Positions 8,704 through 17,128 of a stretch of DNA of 31,743 bases are shown here, in pieces. The notes under the pieces were generated by a model. The model worked only from the letters and a program-made list of their open reading frames with translations. It was not told where the DNA came from and made no database searches. The stretch comes from a virus (lineage: Duplodnaviria > Caudoviricetes): positions 1-31,743 of the IMG/VR virus record IMGVR_UViG_3300049208_000029. The stretch is one strand, 5' to 3'. Position 1 is the first letter of the stretch. Each line of letters opens with the position of its first letter. The translations under genes and the position numbers were made by a program.

Positions 8704-9249
8704 CTACGCCGCGCAACTTTCGATCAAACCCTCCGCATCGAGCAGCTCCTGCGCTGCTGTCAGTGCTTCGTTGACCTGATCATCGAGCGATTTTCGAATC
8801 GATGATCGCCACCGATACCGAGTCGACTCAGGCTTGCCGTCGTTGTCCCAGTTGGTTATGTCGTACCAGGCAGAAGGCAACACCGAAGACGAACGCTTTC
8901 CGTCAGTGCCGCCAATTTGCGGAATCGCCCAGGTCAGCACGGCGCACTCACGGAACCGTTGCGGCGCCGGAGACTTGACCGAGTTTAGCAACTCGAGGAT
9001 CGCGCTGTGCTTTCGATCTTCGTGAGTCGAATATTTCGCTACCAATGCGCGCCAGTGAGCCGGCGTGAGCGACTTGTGCAGACGACCGAACACCCAGCAG
9101 TCTTGGAGCAGCGCGGCCTCTTTGCCGACGATCTCCCCTTTCTGCTTGGCGCACTGCACTTTGGGCTCAAAGTCACAGCCCCCAGCCGAGCTGATTGTCT
9201 CGGCGGCCAGCGCGCGGACTACGGCGGAAATCACGTTGCGATAGGTCAT
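8704..9249 (-). CDS. Late-gene antiterminator (Q-like)
   Basis: 181 aa between ninG and late promoter; C-terminal HTH-like ESTRYRW segment; assignment is mainly positional. Confidence 0.65.
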   Translation of the reverse strand: MTYRNVISAVVRALAAETISSAGGCDFEPKVQCAKQKGEIVGKEAALLQDCWVFGRLHKSLTPAHWRALVAKYSTHEDRKHSAILELLNSVKSPAPQRFRECAVLTWAIPQIGGTDGKRSSSVLPSAWYDITNWDNDGKPESTRYRWRSSIRKSLDDQVNEALTAAQELLDAEGLIESCAA

Positions 9250-9848
9250 GCTGCAGCCCTCTTCAGTTCGCGGGTCTTGGCCCGGTATTTTGCCTTGATG
9301 GTTTTGATTTCTTCGACGGTGTACTTGCGGGGCTCATGAGGCCCTTCCAGCCAAATTACTGTTTCGGCCCCGATGCGCTGCACCAACCGGATGCGGTACT
9401 CGACCGCGTTACCGGACAGGTTGCGGTTGCACTTCACGCACTGGCGGTGAATGTTCAGCGGTTCAAAGCGCAGCTCAGGACAGGCGCCGACGGATCGGTA
9501 ATGCCCAGCGTCCCAGCGGCTGCCCGTCATCAGGTCGTTGTCGTTCGGCATCGAGTCGCAGCTGATGCATGGCAGGTGCGCGTCACGCAGGCGGACATAC
9601 TCGTTCACGGCGGCCTGGGCTTCACGCAAATGATCCGCCCTGCTCTTCAGCCTTTCTTTGCGCACCTGGATCTCGCGGCGGTCGCGCTGGGCAATTGCCT
9701 TGCGAGCTTTTTCCATGTGGCGCGGCGCATCAATCGCCGCGCAGGCCGGGCTGCAAACCGCTTGCCCCATCCGCGATGGGACGAATGAGGCCCGGCAGGT
9801 AGCGACTCGGCATTTCTTCGGCTTGGGCTGCTTCCTTTCAATCGTCAT
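9246..9848 (-). CDS. ninG: NinG/Rap recombination endonuclease
   Basis: CISC, WDAGHYRSVG, NIHRQCVKCN motifs. Confidence 0.93.
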   Translation of the reverse strand: MTIERKQPKPKKCRVATCRASFVPSRMGQAVCSPACAAIDAPRHMEKARKAIAQRDRREIQVRKERLKSRADHLREAQAAVNEYVRLRDAHLPCISCDSMPNDNDLMTGSRWDAGHYRSVGACPELRFEPLNIHRQCVKCNRNLSGNAVEYRIRLVQRIGAETVIWLEGPHEPRKYTVEEIKTIKAKYRAKTRELKRAAA

Positions 9849-10315
9849 GCAGCCTCCTGGCTCAACAGATCATCGAAGTACACGCCCTGCGGAGCGAAGC
9901 GCGCGACAATGCGATCGGTGTAGGCAATGCCCTGGGAACGATTGAACAGACTGGTGACCGGGAAGCCGTCCGGCCCGAACAGGTGGCACTCGCCCATCAT
10001 GTCCAGCTTCGTTTCGTACGGGAGGTGACGCATGACGCGGTACCACTCAGCCTGAAACCCAGCATCCTCGTTCAGCAGAATCTGCACACCGATGTGCAGC
10101 TTGCAGTAGCGCCGGGCTTCAGCCTCATCGCCGATCTGGGTCATTTCCGCGATGCGCTTGTACATCGCGAACCACAGCCGGTTTTGATCGAGCGTGCGGT
10201 CTTTGCCCGGTCGCAGCGACACGACGACGAACCTTTTGTCGCGGAACATGGTGCTGAGCGCGGTAATGGCCTCGGAGAGTTTGGCCTGGCAGTTCACTGA
10301 GATTTTGTCAGCCAT
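9845..10315 (-). CDS. NinB/Orf-like protein
   Basis: RTLDQNRLWFAM motif; upstream of ninG. Confidence 0.65.
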   Translation of the reverse strand: MADKISVNCQAKLSEAITALSTMFRDKRFVVVSLRPGKDRTLDQNRLWFAMYKRIAEMTQIGDEAEARRYCKLHIGVQILLNEDAGFQAEWYRVMRHLPYETKLDMMGECHLFGPDGFPVTSLFNRSQGIAYTDRIVARFAPQGVYFDDLLSQEAA

Positions 10316-10535
10316 GCGTGGCCACCTTGTTCGGCAGTGCGCTGATCAGCTCGCCGAGTTGCTGTGTCAGACGTTCGTTCTCTGCCAGCAGCTCAAGCGC
10401 CACCTCCTCCACGGTCTTTTCCCCGAGGAAGTCCTGCAGCGCCTCGGTGTTGCGCTTCCAGTCTGCGCAGTCGGCACGGTAGGACGCAGCTTCGGCCCAC
10501 AGCAGTTTCTGGAGTTTCTGTTTGTCGATGGTCAT
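10308..10535 (-). CDS. Hypothetical phage protein
   Basis: 75 aa, overlaps both neighbours. Confidence 0.75.
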   Translation of the reverse strand: MTIDKQKLQKLLWAEAASYRADCADWKRNTEALQDFLGEKTVEEVALELLAENERLTQQLGELISALPNKVATHG

Positions 10536-11329
10536 TGAGCCGCACTCCTTGCTTCCAATTGTTCAGCCTGCTGAATCAGCAGCGCCCGGCGATCCGCCAG
10601 TTCATTGGCTGCCAGAATTCGCATTTCTGTTTTTTCTTCGGCTGATGCTTGGCGCATGGCGAGCATCGAATCCTTCACCGCGGCGAGCCTCTCACGCAGC
10701 TTTGGCGAAGGCCGCGCAACCTCACCGGTGAGCAGCGCTACGACGGCCCGACCGTCTTCAGTGACCGGCACGACACTCAAGTCGGCCAGGTACTGCTGAG
10801 CGCGCTCCTGAGGGATGCGCTGCATCTGCACGGCCTTGGTGATCGCCTGTGTACGGCGGTTGGCGTCGAAGCCGACCGACACATGCCAGTTCACTTCCTT
10901 GCTGTCCTCCCGGGCCTGCCCCACCAGCCGCTCGTAAGCACTGTTGAACGCCATGCGCGCGCCGACCTTGTCGCCGGCGTCGAGGACAGGTTTCGCCGCT
11001 GCAAGTGCGAGCTGGATCTCGTCGGTCAGCACCACGGTTTCGAATTCATCGTTGGTGGTCATCGCGATCGCCCAGGCCTCGTCCTTGCCCGGGCGCCCGT
11101 CGGCGATCTGAACTCGCTGGAGAATGTCAGCCATTGCCAACTTGCCTCTCACTTCAAAGCGGCAGGCCTTCAGCGCGGCTTTCACGATCGGTACCGGGTA
11201 AGCGCAAAGGTCTTCGGCCATGATCGCCGCAGTGCCTGGGTTCATTTCCTGACCCATGGCCTCGGCGGTGGCGCATATCGCAGCAGCGAGCCCGGCAACC
11301 TGTTGGTCGTTCATTTCAAAGGTATTCAT
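10532..11329 (-). CDS. Replication accessory protein (P position, helicase loader candidate)
   Basis: 265 aa overlapping initiator stop; no Walker motif; EAW motif; function inferred from position. Confidence 0.6.
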   Translation of the reverse strand: MNTFEMNDQQVAGLAAAICATAEAMGQEMNPGTAAIMAEDLCAYPVPIVKAALKACRFEVRGKLAMADILQRVQIADGRPGKDEAWAIAMTTNDEFETVVLTDEIQLALAAAKPVLDAGDKVGARMAFNSAYERLVGQAREDSKEVNWHVSVGFDANRRTQAITKAVQMQRIPQERAQQYLADLSVVPVTEDGRAVVALLTGEVARPSPKLRERLAAVKDSMLAMRQASAEEKTEMRILAANELADRRALLIQQAEQLEARSAAQ

Positions 11330-12287
11330 TGCGCTCTCCCGCTTGGCGCTTGGCCAAGACCATTTGCGCGGCCTGCTCGGCGGCGGAAACGTTCGCTTCG
11401 GTGCGTTCCATCTGGCGCGCGGTTGTTCCGTTGATGCGCTGCCCGGTCACCCACTGGGTGTGGTAGCTCTCGGCATTGGCCAGCAGCTCGTTGAGGCTGT
11501 GGCACTTTCGGAGCACAGCGGCATCGCTGGTTTTCAGGAAGTGAGCCGCGACGTGATGAGCGACATCGGCGCCGAGGCGGTCGACAAGTTGGCCGAGCTG
11601 GCCACCGACCTTGGCGTTCCACACGGGCCAGGTGCTGTAGCGCTTGCGGTAGGCCATGGCGTAGTTAGCCCACACCTTGTAGGTTTTGCAGGACTGGTCT
11701 TTCGGGCCCGGCATGTCAGCGGGAATCTCAACCCGCGGGGCATCGGTGCGATCGACCACGAGAACCAGATTGCGGGCCGGCTTGTCCGGGCTGCCTTGCA
11801 AGTCCTGACTGGTACCCTGATTGGTACCCTGATGATTGGTATCCTGATTTGTCGGAGATTTTTCCGACCCTTGTTCGGATTTTTCTCCGACCTTGCTCGG
11901 ATTTTTTTCCGAGGCGGATCGGATTTTTTTCCGACCTTCGTTCTTTGGTGGGGTCGGATATTTTTCCGACCCATCCAGTTTCTGATTCCACTCGATCGCC
12001 TTCTCGGTCAGACGAAACAGGGTGATGTTCGAAGTGCTGGAAAGCTCAATCAGACCGGCCTCTTCCAGGGCCTTCAGCATGCGGTAAGCAGTGTCTGGCT
12101 TGTCAGTGAGCAGCGGCAGCTCCTCGATGATCTTGGCCTTGCTCAGCGCGAAGAAGATCCCGTCGTCAGTCTTGATTGGCTTGGTCCAGCTCGGGCAGCC
12201 GTAGACGAAGGCGAACAGCAGGGCCTGCTGAGAGTTCAGCCCCCACTCCAACGCCTTCACCTGATTGATCGTGACGGTGAATTGCAT
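11316..12287 (-). CDS. Replication initiator (O-like)
   Basis: N-terminal winged-HTH-like region; internal iteron array. Confidence 0.85.
   Translation of the reverse strand: MQFTVTINQVKALEWGLNSQQALLFAFVYGCPSWTKPIKTDDGIFFALSKAKIIEELPLLTDKPDTAYRMLKALEEAGLIELSSTSNITLFRLTEKAIEWNQKLDGSEKYPTPPKNEGRKKIRSASEKNPSKVGEKSEQGSEKSPTNQDTNHQGTNQGTSQDLQGSPDKPARNLVLVVDRTDAPRVEIPADMPGPKDQSCKTYKVWANYAMAYRKRYSTWPVWNAKVGGQLGQLVDRLGADVAHHVAAHFLKTSDAAVLRKCHSLNELLANAESYHTQWVTGQRINGTTARQMERTEANVSAAEQAAQMVLAKRQAGERNEYL
11811..11969. repeat. Phage replication origin: five 16-bp iterons plus flanking repeats
   Basis: TCGGA-N6-TCCGA at 11852, 11875, 11897, 11919 and 11954; TGGTA(C/T)CCTGA x3 at 11811-11847. Confidence 0.85.
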
Positions 12288-12288
12288 A

Positions 12289-13095
12289 TCAGGCCTTCCC
12301 GACCAGTTTGGCCAGTTCGAGGAAGCGATCGACGTACCAGTGAGGCTGTGTCTCGCGTGGGGATTGGGGGTTGGTCAGGTTCTTGCCGTAGGTCATGCCC
12401 TTCTCGGTCACCGACCAGAACGGAACCATTTCCTGTTTGGAGTTCTTGCGCTGGAGCTGCTTCAGAAAGCCCTTGGTTTCCAGTGCGCGGTTGAACGCAG
12501 CGGGAGACACGCGAATGCCGTTGTCTTTCAGCAAGGCCGTGGCCGACTTGGTAGGCATCGAAGAGCCCCCGGTGGCATCAGGTGCAGAGTCGACGGCGTA
12601 GCCTGGGAGAAACTTCGGATCGAGCCCGTTGTTCTGGGCGATCTTCGTGAGCATGGCCATCTGGCAAGATGGCGCGGGCTTCAGCAGGCGCGTGAAGCAC
12701 TCCATGATGGCGATCTCGCCAACGACCTTGGTGCCATTGAGCAGAACCTGCTCGCGGGCGCCCTGCTGCTGTTCAAGCTCGCGCCACCGGCGAATCACTT
12801 TCATCCGCATCGGGGCGCTATAACCGGTGAGCAGGCAATCGGTGTGTTCGCGGTCGAGCATATATTCGACCTGCTCCCGGTTTTGACCGTCCAAATAGAT
12901 GTGCTCAAAACTGAGCACATCTATTTTCAGTTCTTTCAGCATCGCAGCGATATCCCGCTTCACGTTGTTGTGACGCTTACCGGTAACGTTGGCGATATCG
13001 CGAGAGGACATAACGGTACGCGACACGTTTTCAGAACTAGAAAAACGTGTCGCGACACTGTTGGGGGTATTGCTTGAAGTAGGTTGGCTATGCAT
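12289..13095 (-). CDS. Rha-family regulator with antirepressor-type (KilAC/ANT-like) C-terminus
   Basis: MSSRDIA..TGKRHNNVKRDI and LLTGYS Rha motifs; C-terminal WSVTEKG; GAGG RBS before ATG 13095. Confidence 0.85.
   Translation of the reverse strand: MHSQPTSSNTPNSVATRFSSSENVSRTVMSSRDIANVTGKRHNNVKRDIAAMLKELKIDVLSFEHIYLDGQNREQVEYMLDREHTDCLLTGYSAPMRMKVIRRWRELEQQQGAREQVLLNGTKVVGEIAIMECFTRLLKPAPSCQMAMLTKIAQNNGLDPKFLPGYAVDSAPDATGGSSMPTKSATALLKDNGIRVSPAAFNRALETKGFLKQLQRKNSKQEMVPFWSVTEKGMTYGKNLTNPQSPRETQPHWYVDRFLELAKLVGKA
13019..13054. repeat. Dispersed palindrome copy 2
   Basis: CGCGACACGTTTT-N10-AAAACGTGTCGCG, perfect 13-bp arms. Confidence 0.8.
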
Positions 13096-13149
13096 AATCG
13101 GCCTCATCAAGTTGTATGAATTAGCCGGGGCGCAATCCCGGCTTTTTTG
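13070..13149 (+). ncRNA. oop/sar-like antisense unit (promoter plus ~45-nt RNA plus terminator)
   Basis: TTGCTT(13070)-N17-CATAAT(13093); AGCCGGG-gcgcaat-CCCGGCT followed by T tract (13123-13149). Confidence 0.55.
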
Positions 13150-13159
13150 TGCCTGCGAT

Positions 13160-13627
13160 TTATGTGCGGGCTTTATGCAGCTCAATTACCGCTCCAACAG
13201 CCTCAAGGCTCGCCGACATATACTTGGCGTGCAGGGCGCGGATCTTTTTTGCTTCGCTCGCGTCGATCTCGCCGTCCTCCAGCGCGGAAGCCACCATCTG
13301 GTCAAGTGCACCGCGCTGCGCCGATGCCGTGAGAGAGCGCTGGTACAGATCGACGTTGTCCAACTCCCCCGCCTCCGGGATCTTCACGAACACACCGCCG
13401 TACATGGCGCAGATGTAGTCCGGCAGATGCTCGGTCTTCGTTTCGCTTTCCAGCACGAATATCTCGGCATCGCTCAACGGCTTGCACCCAGCGGTTTCGT
13501 AGATCTGGTTTTCCAGACGCTTGTCCTTGATGCCAAGGCGAGCAGCTGCGCAATCCATTCCGCCAGGGAAAGCGTTGGACACGGCTGCCATAACTTGGCG
13601 GCGGGTCTCTAGTACGGGCGTTTTCAT
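13160..13627 (-). CDS. CII-like / YmfL-type regulatory protein
   Basis: Follows cro; FPGGMDCAAARLG and ALEDGEIDASE motifs. Confidence 0.8.
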   Translation of the reverse strand: MKTPVLETRRQVMAAVSNAFPGGMDCAAARLGIKDKRLENQIYETAGCKPLSDAEIFVLESETKTEHLPDYICAMYGGVFVKIPEAGELDNVDLYQRSLTASAQRGALDQMVASALEDGEIDASEAKKIRALHAKYMSASLEAVGAVIELHKART

Positions 13628-13691
13628 GTCCTAGTTTTTCCTTGTGGCGGTTGCGGTCAAGATGGCTTCAATGAAAGGGCGGACTGGGATG

Positions 13692-13871
13692 TCAGGCGGC
13701 TTGTGTCTTCTTTGCTGCCTTGAACTTTCCTTTGGAAAGAACCTGAATCTGGTACTGCCTGGATTCGGGGATGGTTTCCCCCCACATGGTCACAGCACTC
13801 GGGCGGATGCCCAGGGCCAGTGCCAGCTTTGTCTTGCTGCCGAAGAATTCGGCGACTTCATGCGTATTCAT
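13692..13871 (-). CDS. cro: Cro-like repressor (59 aa, absent from ORF track)
   Basis: Manual translation MNTHEVAEFFGSKTKLALALGIRPSAVTMWGETIPESRQYQIQVLSKGKFKAAKKTQAA; GAGG RBS; divergent from cI. Confidence 0.92.
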   Translation of the reverse strand: MNTHEVAEFFGSKTKLALALGIRPSAVTMWGETIPESRQYQIQVLSKGKFKAAKKTQAA

Positions 13872-13898
13872 TTCGCATCCTCGTTCGACTCTGACGCA

Positions 13899-13973
13899 AT
13901 TTCAGCATGCTTAAGTTGACGAGTCAACGGCGTTTTCCGACTACTGCATGCTTAAATTCAGTTAACTTAATAT
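13899..13973. promoter_or_regulatory. OR region: three operators, pR and probable pRM
   Basis: TTCAGCATGCTTAA (13901), TACTGCATGCTTAA (13942), TTCAGTTAACTTAA (13957); minus-strand TTGACT-N17-TGAAAT; plus-strand TAATAT at 13968. Confidence 0.8.
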
Positions 13974-13980
13974 TGAGTCC

Positions 13981-14640
13981 ATGGAAAGACACGAACGTAT
14001 TGCCCGAGCTATACAGCTCAGCGGGAAAAAGAAGGGCGAAATTGCAGCGCTGTGCGGCGTCGCGAACTCTGCTGTCACTCAATGGATTACTGGCGAGAGC
14101 AAAAGCCTCCGGCCAGAGAATCTTTACGCCTTGGCAAAAGCGACTGGCTTCAGAGCCGAGTGGCTTGCTATTGGTGAGGGTGCGGAGCAGGAGGCGTCAG
14201 AGCCCAACGTCTCGATGACTGAGCAGCCTTCTCAGAGCTTCCGCTACCCGGTGATCAGTTGGGTATCGGCTGGCTCCTGGGCCGAGGCTGTAGAGCCCTA
14301 CCCTGCAGGCATATCGGATCGCTACGAGTTTTCCGAATACAACTCGAAAGGCCCGGCGTTCTGGCTTGAAGTCAAAGGTGACTCGATGACATCACCGGTA
14401 GGTACAAGCATCGCCCAGGGCTCACTGATCTTGGTGGATACCGAAGTAGAAGCGGCGCCAGGCAAGCTTGTTGTGGCCAAACTTCCAGACAGCAATGAGG
14501 CGACCTTTAAGAAGCTGGTCAGCGACGGCGGAAAGCTCTACCTCAAACCGCTCAACCCCGGATACCCGACCGAAGTCTTCGATGAAAACTGCCGGATAGT
14601 TGGCGTCGTAGTGCAAGCAACACAGAAGTTTCACTACTGA
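13981..14640 (+). CDS. cI: CI repressor (HTH plus S24 autopeptidase)
   Basis: HTH SAVTQWITG, Ala-Gly site VSAG, catalytic GDSM and TFKKL. Confidence 0.95.
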   Translation: MERHERIARAIQLSGKKKGEIAALCGVANSAVTQWITGESKSLRPENLYALAKATGFRAEWLAIGEGAEQEASEPNVSMTEQPSQSFRYPVISWVSAGSWAEAVEPYPAGISDRYEFSEYNSKGPAFWLEVKGDSMTSPVGTSIAQGSLILVDTEVEAAPGKLVVAKLPDSNEATFKKLVSDGGKLYLKPLNPGYPTEVFDENCRIVGVVVQATQKFHY

Positions 14641-14653
14641 GCTGGATGTCGCC

Positions 14654-14893
14654 ATGCCCGCCACCAAACCCAGCCAGCAATTGCGCCGCGATCTGAAAGA
14701 GGCTGCGGCCCTGCTCAAGTGGTCAGGCGTCGATCTGATGCAGATGGCAGTAAAGCTTTCTGAGGCTGGGCAGGAAGCAGAAGCTCGCGAACTAATCGAG
14801 ATCGTTACCAGGTTTCAGGCTGTCGAGGATTCTATGGTGGGTTATGCGGATGAGGTCAGGGATCAACGCATCACCAGAGCGAAACCGGAGTAG
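14654..14893 (+). CDS. Hypothetical helical protein
   Basis: 79 aa, 13 bp after cI stop. Confidence 0.7.
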   Translation: MPATKPSQQLRRDLKEAAALLKWSGVDLMQMAVKLSEAGQEAEARELIEIVTRFQAVEDSMVGYADEVRDQRITRAKPE

Positions 14894-14966
14894 TCTTTTT
14901 TTTTGTAACGTATGCGAGCAGCCCATTGAGGGCGCCAAGGGAATGCAGATGCGGAGCATTGCGTGA

Positions 14967-15482
14967 ATGGCAAAGCCGTCAAAAATCTCCTATGAAGAAG
15001 CAATAGCAGGCCTTGAAGCAGAAAAGCATTGGGTTGCCGGCAACGCCATTGAATGGGTTCAAACATCGGTCAAGCAGTGGCCTTCAAGCTTCAAGTTCCG
15101 GACAGCACTTCAAGTGGGCAATGTGCGACCAGAGGGCCTATTCCTACAACTCGACTACAAGCCAAGTTTAATCCAGGATGTGCCGGACAAGCTGTACATG
15201 ACCTTGCTTGTCAATAATGCCAGAGTCTTTGGAATAGATGAGAACGGGTCGGCAAATCATGTGAACAAGGTCGGTATAGGGAGGGAGTTTTTCATGCAGA
15301 AGATTTCTCACCCCCATATCCATTTGCCAGTCCCTGAGGCATCGTACGGGTACATCGAGCCTCTCAATGCACAGCCCGTCTCAAGCTTGTGGCAGGTCTT
15401 CCTAAGTCGTGCCAATATCATCGGCGCTCCACCATTAAATCTACCGACGGAAAACGATGAGCCACAAATGAGGTTGATATGA
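14967..15482 (+). CDS. DUF6978-like His-motif protein
   Basis: GIDE..HVN...ISHPHIH...YGY.EP...F...ANI pattern; ATGA-coupled to next gene. Confidence 0.65.
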   Translation: MAKPSKISYEEAIAGLEAEKHWVAGNAIEWVQTSVKQWPSSFKFRTALQVGNVRPEGLFLQLDYKPSLIQDVPDKLYMTLLVNNARVFGIDENGSANHVNKVGIGREFFMQKISHPHIHLPVPEASYGYIEPLNAQPVSSLWQVFLSRANIIGAPPLNLPTENDEPQMRLI

Positions 15483-16243
15483 ACTGCACACATATTACCG
15501 AGGCCTTCGGTCTAGCGTGTACGCATATCAATAGCGGCCTCGTTTACCTAGAAAGCCCTATCTCCCTATCCTTTGACGGCACCTTGATCGGTGCGTACGT
15601 TCAAGATATCGGTCAAGGTCGAGTTCGCATCACCGACAACGCAGATACGTTGTTCCACGCGATGACGATGGGCGTGAGCCCAAATGCGAACAAAGCCGCG
15701 AAACTGGCTGCCATCGCCGCGGATTGCCACATTGCCCTTTCCGAAAGCGGTGAGTTGCATGCGTCGTGTGCCGAAAAAGATGTGCCGTACTACATGGCTC
15801 GATTTATCGAAGCGGCGAGCCAGATCAGCCAAGCTTGCGATGCTTGGCGACCTGCGCCCATATCTAAATTTGAGAAGATTGTTTCGAAGGCTCTTCGCGC
15901 CGGGTTCCCCAAGCGAGTGAAAAGGGACTATGAGGTTCAGGGCGCGAGCGGCCACAACCTTAAGTTCCAGTTCGCGCTTGACGTCGAGTCTGGCAATCCG
16001 CAGATCATTCAGACCGTAAGTGCTCAGGATGACAAGCCGCACTGGCTGTCCGTCTACAGCACCTTAGGGAAAATGGTTGATCTGAAGAATGCCGCACCAC
16101 AAGCAAGACGCCTGGTGATTTTAGAGTCGGCCAACCCTCAGGACGTTGGTAAGGCAGCTTCTGCGCTGGCAGAAAGCGCAAGCGTTTTGGTTTTCAAGAC
16201 CGCGTCTCAGCTTATAGAAGACATAAGGTCGCTCGCGGCCTAA
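15479..16243 (+). CDS. DUF1828-like protein with C-terminal restriction-endonuclease-like region
   Basis: SP..FDGTLIG.YV...VRITDNADT N-terminus; VQGASGHNLKFQF C-terminal motif. Confidence 0.75.
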   Translation: MNCTHITEAFGLACTHINSGLVYLESPISLSFDGTLIGAYVQDIGQGRVRITDNADTLFHAMTMGVSPNANKAAKLAAIAADCHIALSESGELHASCAEKDVPYYMARFIEAASQISQACDAWRPAPISKFEKIVSKALRAGFPKRVKRDYEVQGASGHNLKFQFALDVESGNPQIIQTVSAQDDKPHWLSVYSTLGKMVDLKNAAPQARRLVILESANPQDVGKAASALAESASVLVFKTASQLIEDIRSLAA

Positions 16244-16249
16244 ATTCGA

Positions 16250-16280
16250 AAGCCCGGCCCAGCGCCGGGCTTCTTGTTTC
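16250..16280 (+). terminator. Intrinsic terminator
   Basis: AAGCCCGGC-ccagc-GCCGGGCTT then CTTGTTT. Confidence 0.75.
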
Positions 16281-16400
16281 TGCTCTCGCCCAATCTGACC
16301 CGTAGCCCGCCACTAAGTGGGCGTCCTCCCCTTTCCGCTCGACAATGGTGGCGACAAGCCATGGATGGTAAAGTGCTGGCTCAATTACGGGAGGGATCCA

Positions 16401-16976
16401 ATGAAAGGATTTGGGACGTTCGCGCTGATCGTAGGCCTGTGCTGGCTGATTTACGCACTGAGCATGGACGTGTCAGTGCCGACCGGAGCTGGCGGGCGAG
16501 TCAACAACATCGGCTTGATGGCTGACCGACAGATACACACCATTGTCGGCGGGATGATCGCGCTCGCCGGCCTGCTCATGGTTCTGCTTGGCGGCAAAAG
16601 CTCCCCTACTGCTGCCCAGGTAGAGAAAGACACGCGCCCTTGCCCTATGTGTGCCGAGAGCATCAAGACAGCGGCGGTTAAGTGCAAACACTGCGGTGCA
16701 GACGTTGAACCAGCAGCCCCCACCAAACTGAAAAATGGGTGGGTTGCATCAACTGCCTGCCGTGACGAAGAAGAGCGGCAGCGAACCATTGAGGCAATTA
16801 CCAGCACCGGACTCCCGGTTGTTCCTATGATCGGCCTGGCTGTGGGTGCTGGCCCATTTGAAACGAAGGAAGAGGCAAAGCGGGCACTGGTCACTATGCG
16901 TGACGGCCCGCGGCTATTCTGCGAGCTCGTCTATAGAGACTCGGTGAGCGGCAAGTACCCGCCGATTGCGGACTGA
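16401..16976 (+). CDS. Membrane protein with zinc ribbon and SPOR-like C-terminus
   Basis: GGAGGG RBS; two TMs; CPMCAESIK...KCKHCG; GPFETKEEA. Confidence 0.8.
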   Translation: MKGFGTFALIVGLCWLIYALSMDVSVPTGAGGRVNNIGLMADRQIHTIVGGMIALAGLLMVLLGGKSSPTAAQVEKDTRPCPMCAESIKTAAVKCKHCGADVEPAAPTKLKNGWVASTACRDEEERQRTIEAITSTGLPVVPMIGLAVGAGPFETKEEAKRALVTMRDGPRLFCELVYRDSVSGKYPPIAD

Positions 16977-16991
16977 TCCATCAAGCTAAAC

Positions 16992-17017
16992 AGAGCCCGC
17001 TATGCGCGGGCTTTTTC
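16992..17017 (+). terminator. Intrinsic terminator
   Basis: AGCCCGC-tatgc-GCGGGCT followed by T tract. Confidence 0.85.
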
Positions 17018-17069
17018 ATGCCCAAGAGAAAGCGGCTCGCAAAATATATGCAGTAATGCATAACTGCGC

Positions 17070-17110
17070 TTGCCAATGCCGAGGAACGTAAATACTGTAT
17101 ATAAAACCAG
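17070..17110 (+). promoter_or_regulatory. SOS promoter with LexA box
   Basis: TTGCCA-N17-TACTGT overlapped by CTGTATATAAAACCAG (17095-17110, CTG-N10-CAG). Confidence 0.85.
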
Positions 17111-17128
17111 TTAGATAAGGAGCGCCAC

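Noticed and set aside
10216-10243. GCGACAC...TGTCGC as a fourth palindrome copy
   Set aside because: Arms are shorter and the spacer is about 7 bp too short
11852-11969. Iteron array as a mini-CRISPR
   Set aside because: 16-bp units with mostly 6-7 bp gaps inside an initiator gene; no cas genes
10649-13077. Long plus-strand ORFs (261, 412 and 270 aa)
   Set aside because: Antisense to well-supported replication and rha genes
14896-14904. T9 tract as a phase-variation switch
   Set aside because: Intergenic and not within a recognisable promoter spacer; no evidence of length variation from one sequence
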